Assembly (NCBI GenBank): GCA_033762295.1
Contig: JANRLW010000041.1
Coordinates: 1-32,960, forward strand
DNA: 32,960 nucleotides
Origin: Capsulimonadales bacterium
Lineage (GTDB): Bacteria > Armatimonadota > Armatimonadia > Armatimonadales > Armatimonadaceae
Direction of reading: 5' to 3'
Notes under the pieces: generated by a model
What the model was told of the DNA's origin: nothing
Seen by the model: the letters and a program-made list of their open reading frames with translations, nothing else
The model's database searches: none
In this document: one piece after another, positions 8,620 through 16,682 of the stretch
Layout of the letters: each line of letters opens with the position of its first letter
How positions within the stretch are numbered: position 1 is the first letter of the stretch
Program-made: the position numbers and the translations under genes

Positions 8620-10104
8620 TCAGGGAAGAAGGTAGCCCGCCGCGACACGGTCGAACTCCGCGACCGTGTCGCGTTGCCATGTTTCGTCCTTACCGAGTTC
8701 GGCGGCCATGATCCGGGCGACAGCGGGGGCGATCTCCCGGCTGGCGCGCGCGTCGAGAAGGAGAGCGCGGGTACGTCGGGAGAGCGTATCCTCGACGGTC
8801 TGCGCCATCTCGTCGCGAACGGCGTTTCGAATGTCGGCGTCGGTATAGGGCAGGTTCGGACTGAGCGGCGTCCCCGGGGCATCGGTGGGGCCGGCGACAA
8901 TCGGCAGATCCTCGGTAACGCAGGGGCGACGGTCGAACCCGGCGACCGTCTCCGCCTGATCGACCACATCCTGCGCCATCTTCCGGTAGGTGGTCCACTT
9001 CCCGCCGGTAATGGTGATCAGCCCCGAATCGGAGATCAGGATGGTATGGTCGCGCGAGAGGGCGGCGCTGTTTTTGCCGTCGCCGGACTTGACCAGCGGA
9101 CGAAGTCCGGCAAAGACGCTGAGAACATCGCTCCTCTGCGGTGCCTGCTGCAGGTATTTTGCGGAGGTCGTCAGTATGAAAGCGATCTCCTCCTCCATCG
9201 GGCGCGGTTCAAGGACCGGCGACTCGACTCCGATATCGGTCGTACCGACGACAACCCGGTCGTGCCAGGGAACGGCGAAGAGGACGCGTCCATCGGACGT
9301 GTGCGGAACCATGATCGCGGAGTCACCGGGAAGGAAGGATTTGGGCAGGACCAGATGCGCCCCCTGGCTCGGCGCGACGATGTTTTTTGCGGTCGGATCG
9401 TCCATCCGGCGCACGGCGTCACAGAAAACGCCGGTGGCATTGATGACCGCCTTCGCTCCGATCGAAAACTCCTCGCCCGTCAGCGTATCCTTCAGCAGGA
9501 CGCCGGAAACCAACCCCTGCTCCTTGCGCAGTCCGACGGCGGCCATATGGTTGATCGCCGTCCCGCCGCGATCGAAGATCGTATGCGCGAGGTCGATCGC
9601 GAGACGGGCATCGTCGAACTGGCCGTCATAGTAGATGACGCCGCCGAGGAGACCCTGCGTTTCGATGGTCGGAATATGCGAAATTGTCTCCTCGCGCGAC
9701 AGAAGCCGGGAGGGGTGCAGGCCGAGCTTTCCGGCCATCCGGTCGTAGATTTTCAGCCCGATTCCGTAAAACGGACCTTCCCACCAGCTATAGGCGGGGA
9801 CGATGAAGGCCATCGGGTGAACCAGATGGGGAGCGTTGCGGGCGAGCAGGCCGCGTTCGTGCAGGGCTTCGAGAACGAGCGAGATGTTCCCCTGTTTGAG
9901 GTAGCGGACGCCGCCGTGGACGAGTTTCGTGCTGCGGGAGGAGGTGCCTTTGGCAAAGTCGTGCTGTTCGGCGAGCAGAACGCGATAGCCCCGCGCGGCC
10001 GCATCGACCGCCGCCCCGAGACCGGTCGCGCCGCCCCCGATGATGACAAAATCCCACGGCGAAGTCTCGGCTCGTAACCGCGCCACCGCGTCCTGACGGT
10101 TCAT
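8620..10104 (-). CDS. glpD: FAD-dependent glycerol-3-phosphate dehydrogenase
   Basis: IIGGGATGLG, DFAKGTSSRSTKLVHGGVRYL, DGQFDDARL, FAGLRPL, ITGGKWTTYRKMA. Confidence 0.93.
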   Translation of the reverse strand: MNRQDAVARLRAETSPWDFVIIGGGATGLGAAVDAAARGYRVLLAEQHDFAKGTSSRSTKLVHGGVRYLKQGNISLVLEALHERGLLARNAPHLVHPMAFIVPAYSWWEGPFYGIGLKIYDRMAGKLGLHPSRLLSREETISHIPTIETQGLLGGVIYYDGQFDDARLAIDLAHTIFDRGGTAINHMAAVGLRKEQGLVSGVLLKDTLTGEEFSIGAKAVINATGVFCDAVRRMDDPTAKNIVAPSQGAHLVLPKSFLPGDSAIMVPHTSDGRVLFAVPWHDRVVVGTTDIGVESPVLEPRPMEEEIAFILTTSAKYLQQAPQRSDVLSVFAGLRPLVKSGDGKNSAALSRDHTILISDSGLITITGGKWTTYRKMAQDVVDQAETVAGFDRRPCVTEDLPIVAGPTDAPGTPLSPNLPYTDADIRNAVRDEMAQTVEDTLSRRTRALLLDARASREIAPAVARIMAAELGKDETWQRDTVAEFDRVAAGYLLP

Positions 10105-10976
10105 GGCAATAGCTCGGACCAGCTTTCGACGGCCATCAAGCGATGGACCAGAGCCTCCAGCGATTCCGGCGAATCGATACGTTCGATGCTCTCCCGGATA
10201 GTCGCCGGAACCGGTCCCAGACGCTGACTGCCGAACAACAGGAGAAGACGACGCGCCTCTTCGAGACGCCCTTCCCGGCGTCCCTCCAGACGTCCCTCCA
10301 GACGTCCTTCTTCGAGAATCGCCTGATATGTCACGGATTCCTTCATGCGTCGTACCCCCTGCAGAAGTTGAGCGTTCGTCAAACTATTATAGCGTAGACC
10401 CATTAATATGTAAGTCGCCGTCCACAGATCATTCGCCCGGGCATCCTCTTCGATTTCACGATCTACCCGGGTTTCCATCCGGCGGATAATGTCCGGCAGG
10501 TCGGTCTCCCGGACGGCGGCGATGGGAGCGAAGGGAAGGAGACTGACACCTGAGGTGAGGAAACGCTCAGCCGGTATCTGCCAGACCCGAACGGCGCCGT
10601 AGCGGAAGCGATGATACGCCTTCCCGTCCGGACCCCTCCGGCGCAGGATACCGGTAATGTGCGCATGGTCCGAACCGGGATGAAGCAGAAATACGGTGGA
10701 AACAACCGGCAGGCCGTATTTTCCTTCCGCATGGACGTTATACTGCAACAAACGAAACGGTACGTTCCGTGTGTGACGCCCGCTTTCGAATTCGTTGTGA
10801 ACGATGTAGGGAAGGGGGCCATCCACTCGGAGGATGCGATCGGCGGCGGTCGTGATCGTGGAGAGATCGGCGTCGAGAAGGGTAATAGCTCCCTGTGGAA
10901 GATTCAGGAAATCGACCCAGTCCTCGGGATGCAGTTCCATCAGACGCTTGGTCGTGGCGTCATACGGTTTGGACAT
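10101..10976 (-). CDS. Rpn/PD-(D/E)XK transposase-like (DUF4351-type) protein
   Basis: KPYDATTKRL, DADLSTITTAADRILRV...HNEFES, MKESVTYQAILEEGRLEGRLEGRREGRLEE, ...VESWSELL. Overlaps the glpD start (ATGA). Confidence 0.75.
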   Translation of the reverse strand: MSKPYDATTKRLMELHPEDWVDFLNLPQGAITLLDADLSTITTAADRILRVDGPLPYIVHNEFESGRHTRNVPFRLLQYNVHAEGKYGLPVVSTVFLLHPGSDHAHITGILRRRGPDGKAYHRFRYGAVRVWQIPAERFLTSGVSLLPFAPIAAVRETDLPDIIRRMETRVDREIEEDARANDLWTATYILMGLRYNSLTNAQLLQGVRRMKESVTYQAILEEGRLEGRLEGRREGRLEEARRLLLLFGSQRLGPVPATIRESIERIDSPESLEALVHRLMAVESWSELLP

Positions 10977-11083
10977 ACAGCGATCCTATCGCATAAGCTT
11001 GCCTCTTTGTCCGCCGATTTCAAATTTCGGGAGCGAATCAGGAATATCGAACACGGATGGTGTATAGGCCGTTGGGGGTTCGT

Positions 11084-12574
11084 ATGGAAGAGTTTGATCC
11101 GATGACTTTGACACGACGGCATTTTCTAACCGGGGCGACGCTTGGGATCGGGGCGATGGGGTTGGCGCACCTGCTCGGCGGCGAGGCCCGGGCAGCCGCG
11201 CCGGAGGCGAAGGCGATCGGGGGACTGCCGGGGCTTCCGCATTTCGCGCCGAAGGTGAAACGGGTCATCTATCTCTTCCAGAGCGGGGGACCGGCACATC
11301 AGGATCTCTTCGACGATAAGCCCCTGCTGCGAGAGAAGAACGGTGAGGCGCTTCCCGATCACGTTCGTGGAACGCAACGACTGACCGGAATGAGCGCAAA
11401 TCAGGCGATCCTGCCGATGGCCGGATCAATATTCTCCTTTGCACGCTACGGCAAGAGCGGCGCGACGATCAGTGAGGTTCTGCCGTACACGGCGAAAATC
11501 GCGGACGATCTCTGTTTCATCAAGTCGATGTGGACCGAGGCGATCAACCACGATCCCGCCATCACCTTTTTCCAGACGGGGTCACAGATCGCCGGCAGAC
11601 CGTCCCTCGGCTCCTGGGTGACCTACGGGCTGGGAACGACCAGCGAAAACCTTCCGGCGTTCGTCGTGCTGGTGACGGCGGGACAGGGGGATCAGCCGCT
11701 GTACTCTCGCCTCTGGGGCAGCGGGTTTCTCGACTCCCGCTACCAGGGGGTGCAGTTCCGCGCCGGCAAGGAGCCGGTTCTCTATCTGTCCAATCCGGAA
11801 GGGGTCTCGCCCCATAGCCGACGCAACCTGCTGGATGCGCTGAAGTCGCTGAATACGGAGCAGTTCAAGCGGGAAGCCGATCCGGAGATCGAATCGCGGG
11901 TCGCCCAGTACGAGATGGCGTTCCGGATGCAGACGAGCGTCCCGGAGGTGACCGACCTGTCGAAGGAGCCGGAGAGCGTTTTCGAACTGTACGGACCGGA
12001 CTCACGGAAGCCGGGAACGTTCGCCGCCAACTGTCTGCTGGCGCGTCGTCTGGCGGAGCGCGGCGTACGGTTCATCCAGTTGTACCACCAGGGATGGGAT
12101 CATCACGGGGATCTGCCGAACGGCATCCGGGCGCAGGCGCGGATGACCGACCAGCCGAGCGCGGCCCTGATCACGGATTTGAAACAGCGCGGCCTGCTGG
12201 ACGAAACCCTTGTCATCTGGGGCGGGGAGTTCGGGCGAACCTCCTACTCGCAGGGCGGGCTGACGAAGAACAACTACGGGCGGGATCATCATCCCCGCTG
12301 TTTCACGGTCTACCTGGCCGGGGGCGGCGTGCGCCACGGGTTTACCTACGGGCGCACCGATGATTACGGTTACAATATCGCCGATGCGCGGGGCAATCCG
12401 ATCACCCCGAGCAAGGACGAGTTTACGCCGGGCGCGGTCCACGTCCATGATCTGCAGGCGACGATTCTGCACCTGCTGGGCGTCGACCATGCACGTCTGA
12501 CGTTTCGTTATCAGGGGCGCGATTTCCGTCTGACCGATGTCCACGGGCATCCGGTCCGCGAACTCCTTGCCTGA
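11084..12574 (+). CDS. DUF1501 family (sulfatase-like) Tat-exported protein
   Basis: Tat motif TRRHFL, PHFAPKVKRVIYLFQSGGP.H.DLFD.KP, NCLLARRLAERGVRFIQL, GWDHH, WGGEFGRT, GRDHH, VHVHDLQATILHLLG. Start uncertain (11084 or 11102). Confidence 0.9.
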   Translation: MEEFDPMTLTRRHFLTGATLGIGAMGLAHLLGGEARAAAPEAKAIGGLPGLPHFAPKVKRVIYLFQSGGPAHQDLFDDKPLLREKNGEALPDHVRGTQRLTGMSANQAILPMAGSIFSFARYGKSGATISEVLPYTAKIADDLCFIKSMWTEAINHDPAITFFQTGSQIAGRPSLGSWVTYGLGTTSENLPAFVVLVTAGQGDQPLYSRLWGSGFLDSRYQGVQFRAGKEPVLYLSNPEGVSPHSRRNLLDALKSLNTEQFKREADPEIESRVAQYEMAFRMQTSVPEVTDLSKEPESVFELYGPDSRKPGTFAANCLLARRLAERGVRFIQLYHQGWDHHGDLPNGIRAQARMTDQPSAALITDLKQRGLLDETLVIWGGEFGRTSYSQGGLTKNNYGRDHHPRCFTVYLAGGGVRHGFTYGRTDDYGYNIADARGNPITPSKDEFTPGAVHVHDLQATILHLLGVDHARLTFRYQGRDFRLTDVHGHPVRELLA

Positions 12575-12707
12575 CCGGTCGGAGGAACCGGGTTCGGGCG
12601 ACGCGTTAACGAGACGGGGTCACCGCACGAACCATTATACGAAGGGCAAAAACATTCCGTAATTCATTTCGGGAGGAGAACGCGTTTTTCGGAGCGACGG
12701 TGATGAG

Positions 12708-12737
12708 TTGCCGCCTCAGGCGAAAGAATGATATGAT
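12708..12737 (+). promoter_or_regulatory. Putative sigma70 promoter of the tRNA gene
   Basis: TTGCCG-N18-TATGAT with an extended TGn motif, 17 nt upstream of the tRNA. Confidence 0.55.
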
Positions 12738-12754
12738 AACCGCGCGTTGTTTCT

Positions 12755-12828
<74 letters not shown>

Positions 12829-12938
12829 CTCCTCCTCTCAACACTTTCGCCCGTCCGTCAAACTCCGTCACCGCAAACCTCCGGAACGGCTTGCCCGCCC
12901 GGAATCCCAAAGACCGTCGTTTCACTTTCTGCGGTGGC

Positions 12939-12963
12939 GTTTGCATGAAAGTTTTCTGCAAAC
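12939..12963. promoter_or_regulatory. Inverted repeat, candidate operator upstream of the LacI gene
   Basis: GTTTGCA-tgaaagttttc-TGCAAAC, directly abutting the -35 box. Confidence 0.45.
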
Positions 12964-12964
12964 C

Positions 12965-12993
12965 TTGCCGGGAGGGGCTTTTTTTGTTATACT
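12965..12993 (+). promoter_or_regulatory. Sigma70 promoter of the LacI gene (leaderless)
   Basis: TTGCCG-N17-TGtTATACT arrangement (TG lies in the spacer), 7 nt before GTG 13001; no SD. Confidence 0.7.
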
Positions 12994-13000
12994 TTTTTCC

Positions 13001-14080
13001 GTGGCCGGAATCCGCGAAGTAGCGAAAAAGGCAGGGGTTTCTCCTGCAACCGTTTCCCGAACGTTCACGTCGCCCAGTTTGATCAATGAGCAGACGCAGA
13101 AGCGGGTACTGGAAGCGGCGCGTCTTCTCAATTATCGTCCCCCGCATCTGCGAACCGTCAAGAACCCGCGCAGTACCGCCGAAGCGAGCAGTGCGACCGG
13201 CAGTACGACCGGCAGTGCGACCATCGGTTTTCAGTTCTTCGCACGGGCCGCCGAGGACAATCTGACGTCCAACCGCTTCTATGCCCCCGTGCTCGCCGGC
13301 GCGCTGGCGGAAGCGGATGCCCAGGGATTGCATCTGCTCGTCCATACGACCGATCGGCACAGTCTCGGGGTCGAAATGCCACGGATGATCCGCGAAAAGG
13401 CGATTCGGGGACTCCTTCTGGTAGGGACGACCGATTCGGCCATTGTCGATCGGCTCGCCGAGAATATTCCCCATATGGTGCTCGTCGATCACTGCGATCC
13501 GCGCGGGCGTTTCGATTCGGTGGTGTCGGACGGGCTGGAAGGGGGGCGGCGGGCTACCGAATACCTGTTACGTCTCGGGCATCGCCGGATCGCGTTCTCC
13601 GCTCCCGACCGGAACGTTTATTCCTTCGAGGAACGCCTGTACGGTTATCTGGCCGCCCATTTCGAAGCCGGCATCGCCGTGGACCCCGCTCTCGTGCTAC
13701 AGGGAAGCTCCGGGGAGGGCACGGAGGAAGCCGCTCTCACCCCGTTGCTGACCGGAGAAAATCACCCGACAGCGATCTTTTGCGCCAATGACGAACATGC
13801 GCTGGTGGCATTACGCGTCTGTCGCCAAAGGGGATTGAAGGTGCCTGCGGATATAAGCCTGGTTGGCTTTGATGACACACCGTTCAGCCGCAGCACCGAA
13901 CCGGCGCTCACCACCGTGCGGGTCGATACGGAACGGATGGGACGAATTGCCGTGCAACGGCTTCTGGCCCGCCTGCAAGCGCCGCCGGACGGAGAGCCGC
14001 CGGTGGTGCAGAGCCGGCTGCCGGTGTCTCTGACGGAACGTGAGTCCTGCCGTCCCCCGGCGACGACCCCCAAACCGTAG
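13001..14080 (+). CDS. LacI-family transcriptional regulator
   Basis: IREVAKKAGVSPATVSR HTH, LGHRRIAF, PTAIFCANDEHA, VPADISLVGFDD, PALTTVRVD. Confidence 0.95.
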   Translation: MAGIREVAKKAGVSPATVSRTFTSPSLINEQTQKRVLEAARLLNYRPPHLRTVKNPRSTAEASSATGSTTGSATIGFQFFARAAEDNLTSNRFYAPVLAGALAEADAQGLHLLVHTTDRHSLGVEMPRMIREKAIRGLLLVGTTDSAIVDRLAENIPHMVLVDHCDPRGRFDSVVSDGLEGGRRATEYLLRLGHRRIAFSAPDRNVYSFEERLYGYLAAHFEAGIAVDPALVLQGSSGEGTEEAALTPLLTGENHPTAIFCANDEHALVALRVCRQRGLKVPADISLVGFDDTPFSRSTEPALTTVRVDTERMGRIAVQRLLARLQAPPDGEPPVVQSRLPVSLTERESCRPPATTPKP

Positions 14081-14150
14081 TAACCCATCGTTCCCCTTTC
14101 CGCCGTGGGAGAGGTACAATCCGAATGAATCTTTCCGGGAGGGAAATGTC

Positions 14151-14390
14151 ATGGTCAATGATGGACGGGGCAACAGTTTCGCTCTGGAGGAAATGAACGA
14201 CAAACTCCGTGGGACGGCGGAGCACCCGCCTTTTCCCGAACGGACCGGAATTACCACCGGTCGCCCCGGGGAATCGGATCAGGTCACGATCAACGGAATG
14301 ATCCTGTTTCTGGGTGTGGTCGGACTGGGCGGACTGGCTGCGGTTCTGGGCAGTATCTTTGTGTTCGCCGCTTTCTATGCCACCCGGTAA
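14151..14390 (+). CDS. Small single-pass membrane protein, hypothetical
   Basis: SD GGGAGGG and an upstream TACAAT; 79 aa with a hydrophobic C-terminal segment (MILFLGVVGLGGLAAVLGSIFVFAAFY). Confidence 0.6.
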   Translation: MVNDGRGNSFALEEMNDKLRGTAEHPPFPERTGITTGRPGESDQVTINGMILFLGVVGLGGLAAVLGSIFVFAAFYATR

Positions 14391-14452
14391 GGCGGCGAGA
14401 GTCGCCCGGAGCGGCGAACACGGATCGAAGAACAGGACGGAAAACGAGGACC

Positions 14453-15478
14453 ATGACGGACGGACCTATCTACCGGGTAGCGATCATCGGGTGCGGAAAG
14501 CGGGCGCGGGAGCATGTGACCGGTCTCCGCGCGGACTCGCGGGCGAAAGTCGTCGCCCTGGCGGACGTTTCGCAGGACGCCATGGAGGCGTTCAATGCCG
14601 ATTACGGCTTCGAGGCCGCCGTCTATCCGGACTACCGGACCCTGCTCGAAAAGGAAAAGCCGGACGTGGTCATCGCAACCCTCTGGCCGCCCCTGCATCT
14701 CCCCGTTTTTCGTGATGCCGCCCGGAACGGCGTTCGCGCCGTTCTGTCCGAGAAGCCGATCGCGCCGACCTGGGGCGAGTGCCTGGAAATGGGCCGGATC
14801 GCCGAGGAAACCGGCTGTCTTCTGACCTTCTGTCATCAGCGACGGTTCGCCCACGGTAACCGACAGGTGCGCGAGTGGCTGGCGGAAGGGGCGTTCGGAA
14901 CGCTGGAACGGATGGATCTGTACTCCCCGCCCCACCTGCTCGATTGCGGAACGCATACCGTCGATCAGGCGCTCAGCTTCAATCAGGAAGTGCCGGGGAG
15001 ATGGGTGATCGGAGCCGTCGATACGAGCGAAACGCTGAACTGGTTCGGAGTGCCCGCCGAGATCATGGCGACCGGTACCATCGTCTTTGAGAACGGCGTT
15101 CGCGCCTCTCTGCAGGTCGGCGGGAAGGATGCCGATATGTGGGGCGGCGTTCGCCTGCATGGCACCGAAGGCTTTCTGGAGGTGTTCTGGGACGGTAACT
15201 TCGGTCGGGGACGCCGGTACGCCGATCCGACCTGGACACCGCCGAAACGGGAGCCGTCGCTGAGCGAGCATATGATCGGCGTCATCCGGAATGCGCTCGA
15301 CTGCCTGGAGAGCGGCGAGGAACCCGAACTGTCGCATCGAAAAGCGCTGCGCGCCAACGAGATTCTGTTCGGACTTTACGAATCGGTGCGTCGTCGCGCC
15401 CGCGTTCACCTACCGCTCACCGGCTTCGAGGACAATCCGCTGCACACTCTCCTCGCCGAAACGAAACCTGCCGCCTGA
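14453..15478 (+). CDS. Gfo/Idh/MocA family oxidoreductase
   Basis: YRVAIIGCG, EKPDVVIAT...H, LSEKPIA, HQRRF, LLDCGTHTVD. Confidence 0.92.
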   Translation: MTDGPIYRVAIIGCGKRAREHVTGLRADSRAKVVALADVSQDAMEAFNADYGFEAAVYPDYRTLLEKEKPDVVIATLWPPLHLPVFRDAARNGVRAVLSEKPIAPTWGECLEMGRIAEETGCLLTFCHQRRFAHGNRQVREWLAEGAFGTLERMDLYSPPHLLDCGTHTVDQALSFNQEVPGRWVIGAVDTSETLNWFGVPAEIMATGTIVFENGVRASLQVGGKDADMWGGVRLHGTEGFLEVFWDGNFGRGRRYADPTWTPPKREPSLSEHMIGVIRNALDCLESGEEPELSHRKALRANEILFGLYESVRRRARVHLPLTGFEDNPLHTLLAETKPAA

Positions 15479-15484
15479 CGAGTG

Positions 15485-16387
15485 TCACCCGCCGTTCCGA
15501 TCGTCGGGGACCGGGACGACCGATCGGGGGGACGGCTTGCCGGCGTCGCGCATTCTCCTGCGGTGAAGATGGAAGAACGGCAACAGGACCCCGGTCGCCA
15601 GGATCGCCCAGGGGGTCAGCGCGACGAGGGTCAGAACCAGCCCCTTCGCAAAGTCCGACAGCGCCGCCAGCGAAGCGACCAGAGTCCGCCACACCTGAAC
15701 CCCGAAGGGACGAGCGCTGTCGGGACCGAGCGAGGGCAGTTCCTCGAGCGTGATCGTGACCGTCGTCAGGTCGGCCCGGTTGGACAGGAAGCGGAGGCGA
15801 CCTTCGATCCGTTCGATCTCCTCGCGAACGCGGTTCAACTCCTTCTCGACGGCCAGGATGTCCTGCAGTTTGCCGGTTGTGGTGCGCAGAAGCTGCAAAA
15901 GCCGCTCCTCCTCCGCCCGTTTGTTTTTCAGGCGCGCCGCCACATCGTAAAACTCCTCCGAGACATCTTCCGACGTCAGCTTCGTATTGCTGATCTCGCC
16001 GACCGATCCCAGAGCGGTCATAAAGGCGGAAAACCGGTCCGTCGGTATCCGCACCTTCCAGGTGCCGGATTTCGGCGCGCCCGCCGTCCCGGAAATCTCC
16101 TGTTCGGCCACGTACCCCCGGTGAGCGGCGACGGCTTCGTTCAGCTTTCGAACCGACTCGTCGAATTTCGCCGTGGTCATCCTCAGAAGGGCAGTGTAGA
16201 TGATCTTGCGGGGGAGCGATGCCGGACGTTCCGTCGCCGGTCCGGGGGACGCGGCCACCATTGCCGTTCGCGGACCGCTTTCGGCGGAATCCGGACCGGC
16301 GAGATCGGTCTCCGCCGGTCCGCATCCGGCAACCGTCAGTAGGAGCAGAAACAGAAATGCCCCGAGGGCGCGAAGACGTTCCGGCAT
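15485..16387 (-). CDS. DUF4349 domain lipoprotein
   Basis: SD GAGGAGG; lipobox LTVAGC; RKIIYTA, VRIP..RF, SEDVSEEFYD, DILAVEKELNRVREEIERIEGRLRFL; C-terminal TM helix. Confidence 0.88.
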   Translation of the reverse strand: MPERLRALGAFLFLLLLTVAGCGPAETDLAGPDSAESGPRTAMVAASPGPATERPASLPRKIIYTALLRMTTAKFDESVRKLNEAVAAHRGYVAEQEISGTAGAPKSGTWKVRIPTDRFSAFMTALGSVGEISNTKLTSEDVSEEFYDVAARLKNKRAEEERLLQLLRTTTGKLQDILAVEKELNRVREEIERIEGRLRFLSNRADLTTVTITLEELPSLGPDSARPFGVQVWRTLVASLAALSDFAKGLVLTLVALTPWAILATGVLLPFFHLHRRRMRDAGKPSPRSVVPVPDDRNGG

Positions 16388-16682
16388 CGAAAACCTCCTC
16401 TTTCGCGGGAGATCGACCGTTCGCCCCCCTTCCCTCATGGTTACGGAAAGGAACGCCGCGCGGTTACCCGGAATTTCGGGTTTTTAGCCTGCCTATCCTT
16501 CGATGGTCCGTAAGATAGATAGCCTTTTGATGATAATTTACATTTTTAATGTATTTTTTGCGTGAACGTACCCATTGAAAGGATTTTCGGGTATATGGGT
16601 AAGGACTTCCCTGATCGGTATAGGTCGCCTGCCCGGAGGATTTCGCCCCGGTTGAGCGGCATTCGATGAGGGATCGAACGAC

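Noticed and set aside
10250..10312. 12-nt tandem repeats as a possible CRISPR or VNTR
   Set aside because: They encode the EGRL repeats typical of Rpn-like proteins; no spacers.
10101..10976. Calling the Rpn-like gene an insertion sequence
   Set aside because: No terminal inverted repeats, target duplication or DDE motif visible; the family is not shown to be a classical transposase.
12829..15478. Genomic island integrated at the tRNA
   Set aside because: No integrase and no duplicated tRNA 3' end seen; the following genes are ordinary metabolic ones.
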